Assembly (NCBI GenBank): GCA_005885125.1
Contig: VAXU01000026.1
Coordinates: 1,532-65,531, forward strand
Origin: Actinomycetota bacterium
GTDB taxonomy: Bacteria > Actinomycetota > Thermoleophilia > Gaiellales > Gaiellaceae
Direction of reading: 5' to 3'
Length of the DNA: 64,000 bases
The notes under the pieces are model-generated. The model did not search any database, was not told the DNA's origin, and saw only the letters and a list, made by a program, of their open reading frames with translations. The translations under genes and the position numbers were made by a program. Position 1 is the stretch's first letter. Each line of letters starts with the position of its first letter. Below are positions 44,029-51,877 of the stretch, piece after piece.

Positions 44029-44936
44029 GTGCCGTCGAACGGCGCTGCTATGAACAACACTTGTGCTCAATCACGCAGGCGGCGGGTGGGACGCTCGCGG
44101 CCGTTGAAGTGGCGCGTTTCGGACGCGCTCTGGCAGCGGCTGGGGCCGCTGCTTGCCGACCCGCCCCGTCGCTTTCGTTATCCCGGACGCCACCGCTATC
44201 CGGCGCGCGCTTGTTTGGAGGGGATCCTCTTCGTCCTCTACACCGATACGCCCTGGCTTGAGGTTCCCTACCGCGAGCTCGGCTTGCCGAGCGGCGAGAC
44301 CTGCCGGCGGCGGCTGGAGGAGTGGTCGCGGCGTGGGCTGCTCGAGGCGGCGCTGCGAGTGCTGCAGGAGCAGCTCGCCGGCGCTGACCGGCTCGACTGG
44401 TCGCGGGTGATCGTCGATGCCTCGTTGGTGGACGCCAAAAAGGGGGCGAGAAGGTCGCGCGCACGCTGCGCGGCACACCCGGCAGCCGCTACCACCTCGC
44501 CGTAGACGCCCACGGGGCGCCGCTTGCGGTCCGGCTGGCCGCCGGCAACGAGAACGAGCAGCGGCACCTGCTGCCGCTGCTGGACACGTTGGCCGCGCGC
44601 GGAATCCAACCCGACGAGCTATGGGCCGACCGCGGTTATGCCTCCAACGCGATCGACGCTGCGCTGCGTCAGCGTCAGATCGAACCGCGGATCAGCAAGC
44701 CACGCCGCCGCGGCGAGCCAATCCCGGCAGGCACCCCGACCCGCGAGGTCTGGCGCGGCAAGAAACGACGGCTCAAAACCTCCGATCCGCACGCACGCCA
44801 CCGCTGGCCCGTCGAACGCACCAACGCCTGGCTGAAAGCGAAACGCCGGATCGCCACCCGACGCGACCGCAAAGCCGACACCTACCTCGCCTTCCTCCAC
44901 CTCGGCATGATCCTCATCCTCGCCAGATCATTCTGA
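44029..44936 (+). CDS. IS5-family transposase, two overlapping frames joined by predicted -1 frameshift
   Basis: orfA carries a DUF4096-like motif (ARACLEGILFVLYTDTPWLEVPYRELGLPSGETCRRRLEEW). The -1 frame is open from 44388 and continues GGEKVARTLRGTPGSRYHLAVDAHGAPLAVRLAAGNENE...WADRGY...WPVERTNAWLK. A possible alternative start is ATG 44050. Confidence 0.75.
44439..44445 (+). promoter_or_regulatory. Candidate -1 ribosomal frameshift heptamer A_AAG_GGG
   Basis: X_XXY_YYZ-type motif located exactly where the orfA sense ends and the -1 frame becomes transposase-like. Confidence 0.5.
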
Positions 44937-44945
44937 GATCAGCTC

Positions 44946-44962
44946 CTGACCCTCTGGGTCAG
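44946..44962. repeat. Partial family-1 hairpin CTGACCC-TCT-GGGTCAG abutting the IS right end
   Basis: The left arm is contributed by the IS terminus. The right side continues GGGTCAGACCCGCTTTGGG, like the other family-1 copies. Confidence 0.45.
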
Positions 44963-44976
44963 ACCCGCTTTGGGTG

Positions 44977-45411
44977 TTACGCAAGCCCTTTAGCGCGCAG
45001 CTCCCCGATGGCCCTCTCAGACTTCGCTGCGTCGATTCCCATCCGGTTTGCGATCTCGGGCGCCTTCGTGAACTGGACGTCGCGGTACTGGACGACCTCG
45101 ATGTTGTTGCCCCACGGATCCTTGAAGCGGAGGTGACCGCCCTCCGAGCCGGCAGGTAGGCCGGCCTCGAGGACGTTCACGCGTACGGCTTCCTTGTCGT
45201 CGACGACAACGCCGAAGTGTCGGTGGGAGTCAGGCGGCTGTGTGCGTCCGTGCGCGAGCGCGACGAACTGGTCGCCGAGGTCGATGAACGCCATGCCGCC
45301 GCTGCGTCCGCGGAGCTCGACGTCGCCGAAGATCCGCTCCCAGAACGCGATCGCCTCGTCGAGGTCGCCGACCTCGAGCGCCACGTGGTTGATCCCGACC
45401 GCTTTGGCCAT
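44977..45411 (-). CDS. VOC (glyoxalase/bleomycin resistance) family protein
   Basis: ATG 45411 gives MAKAVGINHVALEVGDLDEAIAFWERIFG...HFGVVVDD...FKDPWGNNIEVV. Confidence 0.8.
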   Translation of the reverse strand: MAKAVGINHVALEVGDLDEAIAFWERIFGDVELRGRSGGMAFIDLGDQFVALAHGRTQPPDSHRHFGVVVDDKEAVRVNVLEAGLPAGSEGGHLRFKDPWGNNIEVVQYRDVQFTKAPEIANRMGIDAAKSERAIGELRAKGLA

Positions 45412-45455
45412 CGGGTCCACCGTAGCCGCCTGTGGACAGCCTGCGCACCTTTCGT

Positions 45456-45474
45456 CGCGGTGCCTGGCACCGCG
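45456..45474. repeat. Palindrome CGCGGTGCC-T-GGCACCGCG (family 2, copy 1)
   Basis: Perfect 9-1-9 palindrome read from the sequence. Confidence 0.8.
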
Positions 45475-45523
45475 AGGTCGCCGGCCAGACCGACCTGTGG
45501 ACGGTCTGCGCACCTTTCGTAGC

Positions 45524-45536
45524 GGTGCCTGGCACC
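45524..45536. repeat. Palindrome GGTGCCTGGCACC (family 2, copy 2)
   Basis: Identical 13-nt core. Confidence 0.8.
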
Positions 45537-45609
45537 GGGACGGCGCCGACTAGGGGGAATGCCCCCGCCGGTCTCGGCTCCCGTGGAAGGAACGTCACAC
45601 TTCGGTCGC

Positions 45610-45622
45610 GGTGCCTGGCACC
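45610..45622. repeat. Palindrome GGTGCCTGGCACC (family 2, copy 3), 50 nt upstream of the ECF sigma start
   Basis: Identical core preceded by GTCACACTTCGGTCGC. Confidence 0.8.
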
Positions 45623-45671
45623 GGGTTGGTCCGGCGGGACCGGCCCGGAACCTCACGGCATCCGCAGGTGT

Positions 45672-46232
45672 ATGACCTTGACAGTGGAGGGCCGTCCACT
45701 CGACGAATCTCAACTGGTCGAGCGCGCGAGGCGCGGCGACCACGAGGCCTACTCAGAACTCGTGCACGCATACCAGGGCATCGCATTCCGCACCGCGTAT
45801 CTGATCGCCGGCGGCGCGACCGAGGCGGAGGACGCCGCGCAGGAGGGCTTCGTCAAGGCGTGGCGCGCGCTCGGTCGCTTCCGTCCCGGGGCGCCGTTCA
45901 AGCCATGGCTGCTCCGGATCGTCGCCAACGAGGCGCACAACCGCCGCCGCTCCGCGGGCCGCCGCGCGCGCCTCGCGTTCCGTGCCGCCGCAGCAGAGCC
46001 CTCGGGGGACGCGGCCCCGTCCCCCGAGGCGTCCGTGCTCGACTCCGAGCGGCGCACCGAGCTGCTCGCGGCGGTGAACGGGCTGCCGGAAGACCAGCGC
46101 CTCGTCGTCGCGCTGCGGTACTTCGCGGGCCTGAGCGAGGACGAGGTCGCCGAGACGCTCGGCATCGCGCCAGGCACCGTCAAGTCGCGCACCTCGCGTG
46201 CGCTCGAGCGCCTGAGGGAAGCGTATGACTGA
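45672..46232 (+). CDS. ECF-type RNA polymerase sigma-70 family factor
   Basis: ATG 45672. Region 2 (AEDAAQEGFVKAWRAL, PWLLRIVANEAHN) and region 4 (LPEDQRLVVALRYFAGLSEDEVAETLGIAPGTVKSR). Confidence 0.88.
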   Translation: MTLTVEGRPLDESQLVERARRGDHEAYSELVHAYQGIAFRTAYLIAGGATEAEDAAQEGFVKAWRALGRFRPGAPFKPWLLRIVANEAHNRRRSAGRRARLAFRAAAAEPSGDAAPSPEASVLDSERRTELLAAVNGLPEDQRLVVALRYFAGLSEDEVAETLGIAPGTVKSRTSRALERLREAYD

Positions 46233-46932
46233 GCTCGAGCAGGCACTCGTCGCGCTCGGCCGCGAGGTGGAGTTCCCGCCGACCCCCGATCTCGCCGGCG
46301 CAGTGCGCGCGCGGATCGACAGGCGCGCCCGCGCGCGCCGATGGCTCGTGCTCGCGCTGGCCGTGCTCGTGGTCGGGATCGGGATCGCAATGGCGGTCCC
46401 GGACGCGCGCTCGGCGATCCTGCGCTTCTTCCACGTCGGCTCGGTCAAGGTGGAACGCGTCGACACACTGCCGGCCGCCCGCGAGGCGCCGCTGACGGCC
46501 GGGCTCGGCACTCCGCGCACGCGCGCCGAAGCAGAGCGCCGCGCCGGGTTCCGCATGATCCTCCCGAAGTTCAAAGGTGCGCCGCCGAGCCGTTACTACG
46601 CCCTGAACGGGCTGATCGCGACCGTGATCCGGTCAGGCTCGACGCCGCTGCTCCTGACCGAGCTGCGGGGCGACCAAGCCTGGCTCGGCAAGAAGATCGT
46701 CGATCCTCAGACAAAGGTCGAGGGCGTGAGCGTCGGCTCGCACGGCGGGCTCTTCCTCTCCGGCGGCCGGCACGTGCTCATGTACCAGATCTCCCCCTCG
46801 GACGTGGGCCAGCTCTTCCCCCGTTTCGCCGGAAATGTCCTGCTCTGGACGGCCAGAGACCGCACGTTCCGCCTCGAAGGTGAGGTCTCGCGGGACGAGG
46901 CGCTCCGCCTGGGCCGGCTGATCACCGGCTGA
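46225..46932 (+). CDS. Single-pass membrane protein, putative anti-sigma factor (DUF4367-like C-terminal domain)
   Basis: 8-nt overlap with the sigma gene (ATGACTGA). One TM (WLVLALAVLVVGIGIAMAV) and an extracytoplasmic C-terminal domain. Confidence 0.6.
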   Translation: MTELEQALVALGREVEFPPTPDLAGAVRARIDRRARARRWLVLALAVLVVGIGIAMAVPDARSAILRFFHVGSVKVERVDTLPAAREAPLTAGLGTPRTRAEAERRAGFRMILPKFKGAPPSRYYALNGLIATVIRSGSTPLLLTELRGDQAWLGKKIVDPQTKVEGVSVGSHGGLFLSGGRHVLMYQISPSDVGQLFPRFAGNVLLWTARDRTFRLEGEVSRDEALRLGRLITG

Positions 46933-46993
46933 GGATTTCCCCCGAGCAGGGGACATCCGCGAGGCCCGAACGGCCGAATACGAGGGTGGAGAC

Positions 46994-47194
46994 ATGATGA
47001 CCACTGCGGAAACAGAGACCTACGAAGAGACCGAGCTGATCGAGGCCTGGCGGGCCGAGGCGCTCGAACGGTCGGGCTACGGAGCGGCTGCGGCCGCCGA
47101 GATCGCCGTCCGGTTCGACATCGATCTGCACGTCGCGACGGACTTGCTCGAGCGGGGCTGCCCCGCTGACATGGCCCTCCGGATCCTGCTCTAA
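46994..47194 (+). CDS. Small acidic hypothetical protein (66 aa)
   Basis: Non-Arg-rich ORF. C-terminal DLHVATDLLERGCPADMALRILL resembles a motif seen in small actinobacterial proteins (from memory). Confidence 0.45.
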   Translation: MMTTAETETYEETELIEAWRAEALERSGYGAAAAAEIAVRFDIDLHVATDLLERGCPADMALRILL

Positions 47195-47224
47195 CCAGCA
47201 GGCTCGGACCCAGCGTTCCGCGCT

Positions 47225-47246
47225 GGGGGAACCTCCCGGTTCCCCC
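47225..47246. terminator. Hairpin GGGGGAACC-TCCC-GGTTCCCCC
   Basis: Perfect 9-bp stem 31 nt after the stop at 47194. Overlaps an alternative hairpin at 47209-47227. Confidence 0.45.
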
Positions 47247-47311
47247 AGACCCCTTCCACTGGTCCGCTTACGCGGACGGGACGCTGGCGCGTCCGGCAGA
47301 ATCCCGACGGC

Positions 47312-48196
47312 GTGAGCCTGCTCGCTTCGATTCCCTCACCGCATAGCGGCACGATCGACCTCGGCCCGCTGACGATCCACATGTACGGGCTGATGCTGCT
47401 GCTCGCGATCGCGGCGTGCCTCGCGCTGACCGGTTACCGCTGGGTGAAGTGGGGCGGCGACTGGGACCTGGTCTTCCGGGTCGCGGTCTGGGGCGTCGGC
47501 TTCGGGATCGTCGGCGCGCGCGCGTACCACGACCTGACGAGCTGGAACGAGGTTCCGGAAAAATGGTGGGGGCCGTTCGCCGTCTGGCAGGGCGGGCTCG
47601 GGGTGTGGGGCGGCATCCTGCTCGGCGTCCTGGCTGGGGCGTGGATCGTCTACCGCTCGGGGCAGAGCATCCGGCTCTTCATGGACGCAGTCGCGCCGGG
47701 GCTGCTGCTCGCGCAGGGGATCGGGCGGTGGGGAAACTGGTTCAACCAGGAGCTGTTCGGCAAGCCGACCCAGCTGCCGTGGAAGCTGAAGATCGACGAC
47801 CAGCACGTGCCTGCGGGGTACTTCGGGCACCACTACTTCCATCCAACGTTCCTGTACGAGTTCATCTACGACTGCGTCGGCGTCGGGATCCTGCTCGCCG
47901 TCGACAGGTACTTCCGCATCAAGCGGCCCGCGCTGTTCGCGCTGTACGTCTCGTACTACTGCTTCGGACGGTTTTTCGAGGAGCTGATCCGGATCGATCC
48001 TGCGCACAAGTTCGGGCCGCTTCGGGTCAACGCGTACGTATCTGCAGTGCTGTTCGTGCTGTCGACGGCGTTCTTCATCTGGTGGCAGTTCGTCCGGCGC
48101 GGCGAGGCCCGGACCGACCGCCCGCGCGCGACGCCCGTCGTGCCGAAGGGACCCGCCATGGCCGTGCCGAAGGGGCGCATCCGCTCTTCTCGCTAA
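47312..48196 (+). CDS. lgt: Prolipoprotein diacylglyceryl transferase
   Basis: GPLTIHMYGLMLLLAI, GARAYH, WQGGLGVWGG, GRWGNWFNQELFG. Confidence 0.9.
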   Translation: MSLLASIPSPHSGTIDLGPLTIHMYGLMLLLAIAACLALTGYRWVKWGGDWDLVFRVAVWGVGFGIVGARAYHDLTSWNEVPEKWWGPFAVWQGGLGVWGGILLGVLAGAWIVYRSGQSIRLFMDAVAPGLLLAQGIGRWGNWFNQELFGKPTQLPWKLKIDDQHVPAGYFGHHYFHPTFLYEFIYDCVGVGILLAVDRYFRIKRPALFALYVSYYCFGRFFEELIRIDPAHKFGPLRVNAYVSAVLFVLSTAFFIWWQFVRRGEARTDRPRATPVVPKGPAMAVPKGRIRSSR

Positions 48197-48197
48197 G

Positions 48198-48974
48198 GTG
48201 CGTCGCGTGATCGTGCGCGAGCTCGAGCTGGATCTCGACGCCTTCGAGGGCCCGTTCGACCTGCTCCTGACGCTGGTCTTGAAGGAGGAGCTCGACCTCG
48301 CGGACGTGGACGTCGCGGGGATCGTCCTGGGGTTCGTCGAGCGGCTGGCGGAGCGCGAGGAGCTCGACCTGGAGGCCTGTGGCGAGTTCCTGATCCTGGT
48401 CTCCGCCTTGATGGAGCTGAAGGCGCGAGGGCTCTTCCCCGACGAGGAGGCCGAGCTCGCGGAGCTGGAGCCGGAAGAGGCCGCGGAGGAGCTGGCGCGG
48501 CGGCTCGCGGAGTACCGGCAGATGAAGGAGGCGGCCGCGTGGCTGCGGGAACGGCTCGCCGGGGAGCGCGACCGGTTCTTCCGGGTCGGGCCGGCGCCGC
48601 TGGCGCCCGAACCGGAGCGGCGGCTCGCGCCCCAGGATCCGGACGGGCTCGCCTCCGTGTTGCGTTTGCTGGCCGTTGCACCGCCCGAGGTGTCGCTTGC
48701 ACACATGACGTTGCACTTCCCGCCGGTGGCGCAATTCCTGGAGCGGTTCCGCGCGCTCCTGCGCAGCCGGTCCATGTTCGACTTCGACCAGGAGATGGAA
48801 GGGCTGTCGCGCCAGGAGCAGGCGGTGGCGTTCTTGGCCCTGCTCGAGTTGCGGCGCGCGAACCAGATTACGATCAGCCAGGCGGCGCCGTTTGCTCCGA
48901 TTCGCATCGGGCGGACGGAGGAAACGGGCGCCTCGAACGAAAGGACTCCTGCGTGGAACCTCCGCTCCGCCTAG
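48198..48974 (+). CDS. scpA: Segregation and condensation protein A
   Basis: LDAFEGPFDLLLTLVLKEELDLADVDVAGIV, plus a C-terminal AFLALLELRRANQI motif. Confidence 0.85.
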   Translation: MRRVIVRELELDLDAFEGPFDLLLTLVLKEELDLADVDVAGIVLGFVERLAEREELDLEACGEFLILVSALMELKARGLFPDEEAELAELEPEEAAEELARRLAEYRQMKEAAAWLRERLAGERDRFFRVGPAPLAPEPERRLAPQDPDGLASVLRLLAVAPPEVSLAHMTLHFPPVAQFLERFRALLRSRSMFDFDQEMEGLSRQEQAVAFLALLELRRANQITISQAAPFAPIRIGRTEETGASNERTPAWNLRSA

Positions 48975-49555
48975 TCGTCGCGAACCCACTCGACCGCCTC
49001 GCGCGGACGCTCGAGGCGCTGCTCGTCGTGGCGACGGCGCCCCTGTCGCTGGAGGAGCTGTGCGAGGCGACGGAAGAGGAGAAGGATCGGGTCGAGACGG
49101 CGCTCGGGTTGCTGGCGGAGCGCTACGGCGAGGGTCGGAGCGGGATCGTTCTGGAGCAGGTCGCCGGCGGGTGGGCGTACCGGGCGTCGCGGGATGCGGC
49201 GGAGGCGTGCGCGCGGCTGTTCGAGCGGCCGGTGCAGCGCGGGGTGTCGCAGGCCGCCATGGAGACGCTGGCGATCGTCGCGTACCTCGGGCCGTGCACG
49301 CGGCCGGAGATCGCACGGATCCGCGGCGTCGCTGCCGACTCGGCGGTGGCGGGGCTGGTGGAGCGCGGTTTGATCGCCGAGGCCGGGCGCGGAGACGGCG
49401 CCGGCGGCGCGGTGCGGTATCGCGTCACGCCGCTGTTCGAGCGTGTGTTCGGTCTGGAGAGCCTGTCGCAGTTGCCGCGCCTCGACGACCTCGGCGACGA
49501 CGTCGACGCGATCCGCGAACGGTTGCACGCGGTCGCCTCGCAGCGCAGCGCGTAG
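48953..49555 (+). CDS. scpB: Segregation and condensation protein B
   Basis: GTG 48953. LEALLVVATAPLSLEEL, GWAYRAS, LSQAAMETLAIVAYLGPCTRPEIARIRGV. Confidence 0.8.
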   Translation: MEPPLRLVVANPLDRLARTLEALLVVATAPLSLEELCEATEEEKDRVETALGLLAERYGEGRSGIVLEQVAGGWAYRASRDAAEACARLFERPVQRGVSQAAMETLAIVAYLGPCTRPEIARIRGVAADSAVAGLVERGLIAEAGRGDGAGGAVRYRVTPLFERVFGLESLSQLPRLDDLGDDVDAIRERLHAVASQRSA

Positions 49556-49688
49556 TCGCCTTCCCATCCATTCGTCACACTTTCGACGCAGACGCGTCTC
49601 CCACGCGTGCGGATTTTCTCGTTACGCTGAAAGCGCGGGGTACCTCACGGGGGGTCCCCGGGGAAGTTTGTCGCGTGTACCTAAGAGG

Positions 49689-50447
49689 CTAAGAGGCGCG
49701 TTTGCGGCCGGTCGCTTCGACCCACCGGTAGCCCGGGATCGGCACGCCGATCGCGCGCCGCGCTCGCGCAAGCCAGCTCGGGCCTTTGACGTACAGCTCC
49801 GGTAGCCGCTCTGGAGCTACGAGTCGCGCCTTCGCCGCGGCGCGAACGGCGAAGTCCGTCAGCGGGAAGTTCAGCTGCGCCGAGCGAACGGTGTCGAGCT
49901 CGAGGTCGGGATGGGCAAGGGCTGCGCGGAATTCGTCCTCCGACGCGTACTCGCGCATGTGGGTCGGATCGAGCTGCCATCGCTCCGGCGCCGGCGGCTT
50001 ACCCCTGTAGATCCAGAATGCCCTCGGGCCCCTGATCACGCTCGACACGTAGAACCAGCCGCCGGGCCTGAGCAGCCGTGCGATCTCGGGCGCGAGCACG
50101 CGATCGTCGGGTAGATGCTCGATCACCTGCGACGACACGACCGAATCGACGGATCCGGCCGCGAGCTCGTCGACGTGCGCGACGTCCGAGACGATCCCAT
50201 GCACCTTCGGCGACAGCCGCTCGCACAGCGCAACGTGCTTCGCGGAGATGTCAACGGCGTAGATCGTCTCGCCGACGAGCCCCGCATGGTCGAGCGGCCA
50301 GAGCGTCCCGCCGTCCCCGGCGCCGAGGTCGGCCAGCACGCGCGGAGGATCACGCTCGGCCGTCCGTCGCAACAGCGGCGGCATCCATTCGGTGAGGAAG
50401 TATCGGGAGTGCTCGAGATCTTCGGTGCTCGGCCCGGCCGAGCTCAT
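49689..50447 (-). CDS. Class I SAM-dependent methyltransferase
   Basis: ATG 50447 (ATGA overlap with the upstream cupin stop). Motif I VLADLGAGDGG, VVSSQVIEHL, LRPGGWF. Confidence 0.8.
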   Translation of the reverse strand: MSSAGPSTEDLEHSRYFLTEWMPPLLRRTAERDPPRVLADLGAGDGGTLWPLDHAGLVGETIYAVDISAKHVALCERLSPKVHGIVSDVAHVDELAAGSVDSVVSSQVIEHLPDDRVLAPEIARLLRPGGWFYVSSVIRGPRAFWIYRGKPPAPERWQLDPTHMREYASEDEFRAALAHPDLELDTVRSAQLNFPLTDFAVRAAAKARLVAPERLPELYVKGPSWLARARRAIGVPIPGYRWVEATGRKRAS

Positions 50448-50845
50448 CCGCCCGCGCCGAACGCCTGCCGCCGCGGGAGGTCCCGCTCGGGGTCGACGAG
50501 GTGCCCGTCCCGCTCGACGTAGCCGTCCTTGCCGCCGACCACCAGCAGCACGAGATCGTCCGTGTCGCTCGCGTTCGAGACCCTCCGCGGTGTCGTCGAC
50601 TCGACGTGGATAAGCCCCCACTCGCCGACCTCACGCGTCTCCCCGCCCACCTCGACCCGCGCGCGACCGCGGTGCACGAAGTAGAGCTCGTCCTGCGTGT
50701 CGTGGAAGTGGAGGAAACCCTCGTAGCCCGGCGGCATCACGATCCCGTTGACGCCGAACGCCGTCACGCCTAGCGCGGTGCGCACCTTGCGGAAGCCGTG
50801 CGTGTCGCCGAGCTCGTCCAGCGAGGAGAACGCAAAACCGCTCAT
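50444..50845 (-). CDS. Cupin domain protein
   Basis: 133-aa 3' part of track ORF 50444..51739. HFHDTQDELYFVHRGRARVEVGG. Confidence 0.75.
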   Translation of the reverse strand: MSGFAFSSLDELGDTHGFRKVRTALGVTAFGVNGIVMPPGYEGFLHFHDTQDELYFVHRGRARVEVGGETREVGEWGLIHVESTTPRRVSNASDTDDLVLLVVGGKDGYVERDGHLVDPERDLPRRQAFGAGG

Positions 50846-51132
50846 AGCCGCTTGACGATCTCCTCCGCTTCCTCGCGCGTGAACCCGCGTAGGGTCTCGG
50901 TGTGCTCGGCGCCATAGCGCTGCAGCTTCATCAGGATCTCGACCGCGACCTCGTCGTCGGGCGCCTCGAAGATCTCGACGACGTCGTACCGGCCGAGCGT
51001 CACGTAGACGCCGACGAGCCGGCCGCCCGCCTCCTGGATCGTCCGCTCGCCCTCTTCCACGCGCTCCCGCCACCCCGGCAGGCCTGCGAGCCCTTGCGAG
51101 GTCCAGCGCATCAGCGAGATGTAGTGCGCCAC
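50842..51132 (-). CDS. GYD domain protein
   Basis: 96 aa. YISLMRWTSQG...YVTLGRYDVVEIFEAPDDE pattern. Confidence 0.8.
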   Translation of the reverse strand: MAHYISLMRWTSQGLAGLPGWRERVEEGERTIQEAGGRLVGVYVTLGRYDVVEIFEAPDDEVAVEILMKLQRYGAEHTETLRGFTREEAEEIVKRL

Positions 51133-51151
51133 GAGCCGCGACTATAACCGG

Positions 51152-51877
51152 GTGCGTCTGAATGCCTACCTCGCCCGTGCCGGCGTTGCGTCGCGACGCG
51201 GCGCGGACGAGCTGATCAAGGCCGGCCGCGTGCGGGTGAACTGCGCGCCGGGGCAGCTGAACACGTTCGTCGAGCGCGGCGATCGTGTCGAGGTGGACGG
51301 GGAGGCGGTGACCGCGCAGCGGCTGGCGTACGTCCTGCTGCACAAGCCGCCCGGGACGGTGACGACCGCGCGCGACCCGCAGGGACGGCCGACGGTCGTG
51401 GAGCTGGTCGACCTGCCGGAGCGGGTCGTCCCGGTCGGCCGCCTCGACGCGGACACGACGGGCGCGTTGCTGCTGACGAACGACGGTCCGCTCGCGCACC
51501 GGCTCGCGCATCCCAAGTACGGCGTCGAGAAGGTGTACGAAGCCGAGATCGAAGGCGAGCCGGACGAGCGGGATCTCGAACGGCTCCGGCAAGGTGTCGA
51601 GCTCGACGACGGCCTTACGGCGCCTGCGCAGGCCCGGCTCCTCGGGCCCTCGACGATCGAGCTGACGCTCCACGAGGGGCGCAAGCACCAGGTCAAGCGG
51701 ATGTGCGAGGCCGTCGGCCATCCCGTCCGCCGTCTCCATCGCGCCCGCTACGCGGGACTGACGCTCGAAGGGCTCGAGCCCCGCGCGTGGCGCGAGCTCG
51801 AGCCCTCCGAGGTAACGCGGCTTAGGAGCTCGCCGCCAGAGCCGAAGCCTGGTCGATCAGGTCCTGCGCCTGAGTGA
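51152..51877 (+). CDS. rluB: Pseudouridine synthase, RsuA/RluB family
   Basis: S4-like N-terminus LNAYLARAGVASRRGADELIKAGRVRVN. Catalytic GRLDADTTGALLLTNDG. Confidence 0.85.
   Translation: MRLNAYLARAGVASRRGADELIKAGRVRVNCAPGQLNTFVERGDRVEVDGEAVTAQRLAYVLLHKPPGTVTTARDPQGRPTVVELVDLPERVVPVGRLDADTTGALLLTNDGPLAHRLAHPKYGVEKVYEAEIEGEPDERDLERLRQGVELDDGLTAPAQARLLGPSTIELTLHEGRKHQVKRMCEAVGHPVRRLHRARYAGLTLEGLEPRAWRELEPSEVTRLRSSPPEPKPGRSGPAPE

Larger units (their letters stand above)
43989..44952 (+). mobile_element. IS5-family insertion sequence (~964 bp)
   Basis: Imperfect terminal inverted repeats: GGGTCAGGAAGTGATCTCAATTTGA (43989-44013) versus the reverse complement of 44928-44952, GGGTCAGGAGCTGATCTCAGAATGA (20/25 match). 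They enclose a two-frame DDE transposase. No target duplication recognised. Confidence 0.7.
45429..45558. repeat. Two tandem ~65-bp repeat units, each containing the GGTGCCTGGCACC palindrome (repeat family 2)
   Basis: Unit 1 is CCTGTGGACAGCCTGCGCACCTTTCGTCGCGGTGCCTGGCACCGCGA and unit 2 is CCTGTGGACGGTCTGCGCACCTTTCGTAGCGGTGCCTGGCACCGGGA, about 42/46 identical over the conserved part. Confidence 0.75.

Noticed and set aside
44417-45136. 239-aa + strand ORF spanning the IS right end and the VOC gene.
   Set aside because: It is Arg/Pro-rich, crosses the IS boundary, and runs antisense to a well-supported VOC gene. The transposase signatures are in the other two frames.
45456-45622. The TGGCAC inside the GGTGCCTGGCACC palindromes as a sigma-54 -24 element.
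   Set aside because: No properly spaced TTGC -12 element follows: the sequences are TGGCACCGCGAGGTCG, TGGCACCGGGACGG and TGGCACCGGGTTGG. The motif is a symmetric palindrome, and the lineage inferred from gene content (Actinobacteria-like) generally lacks RpoN.
45429-45640. The tandem repeats as a CRISPR array.
   Set aside because: There are only two to three units of ~65 nt. The repeats are directly adjacent, with no unique spacers of regular length. No cas genes are in the window.
47195-47311. The structured spacer upstream of lgt as a tRNA or a known small RNA (for example 6C-like).
   Set aside because: No cloverleaf, T-loop (GTTCGAATC-like) or paired C-rich-loop architecture could be drawn. 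Only simple GC hairpins are present.
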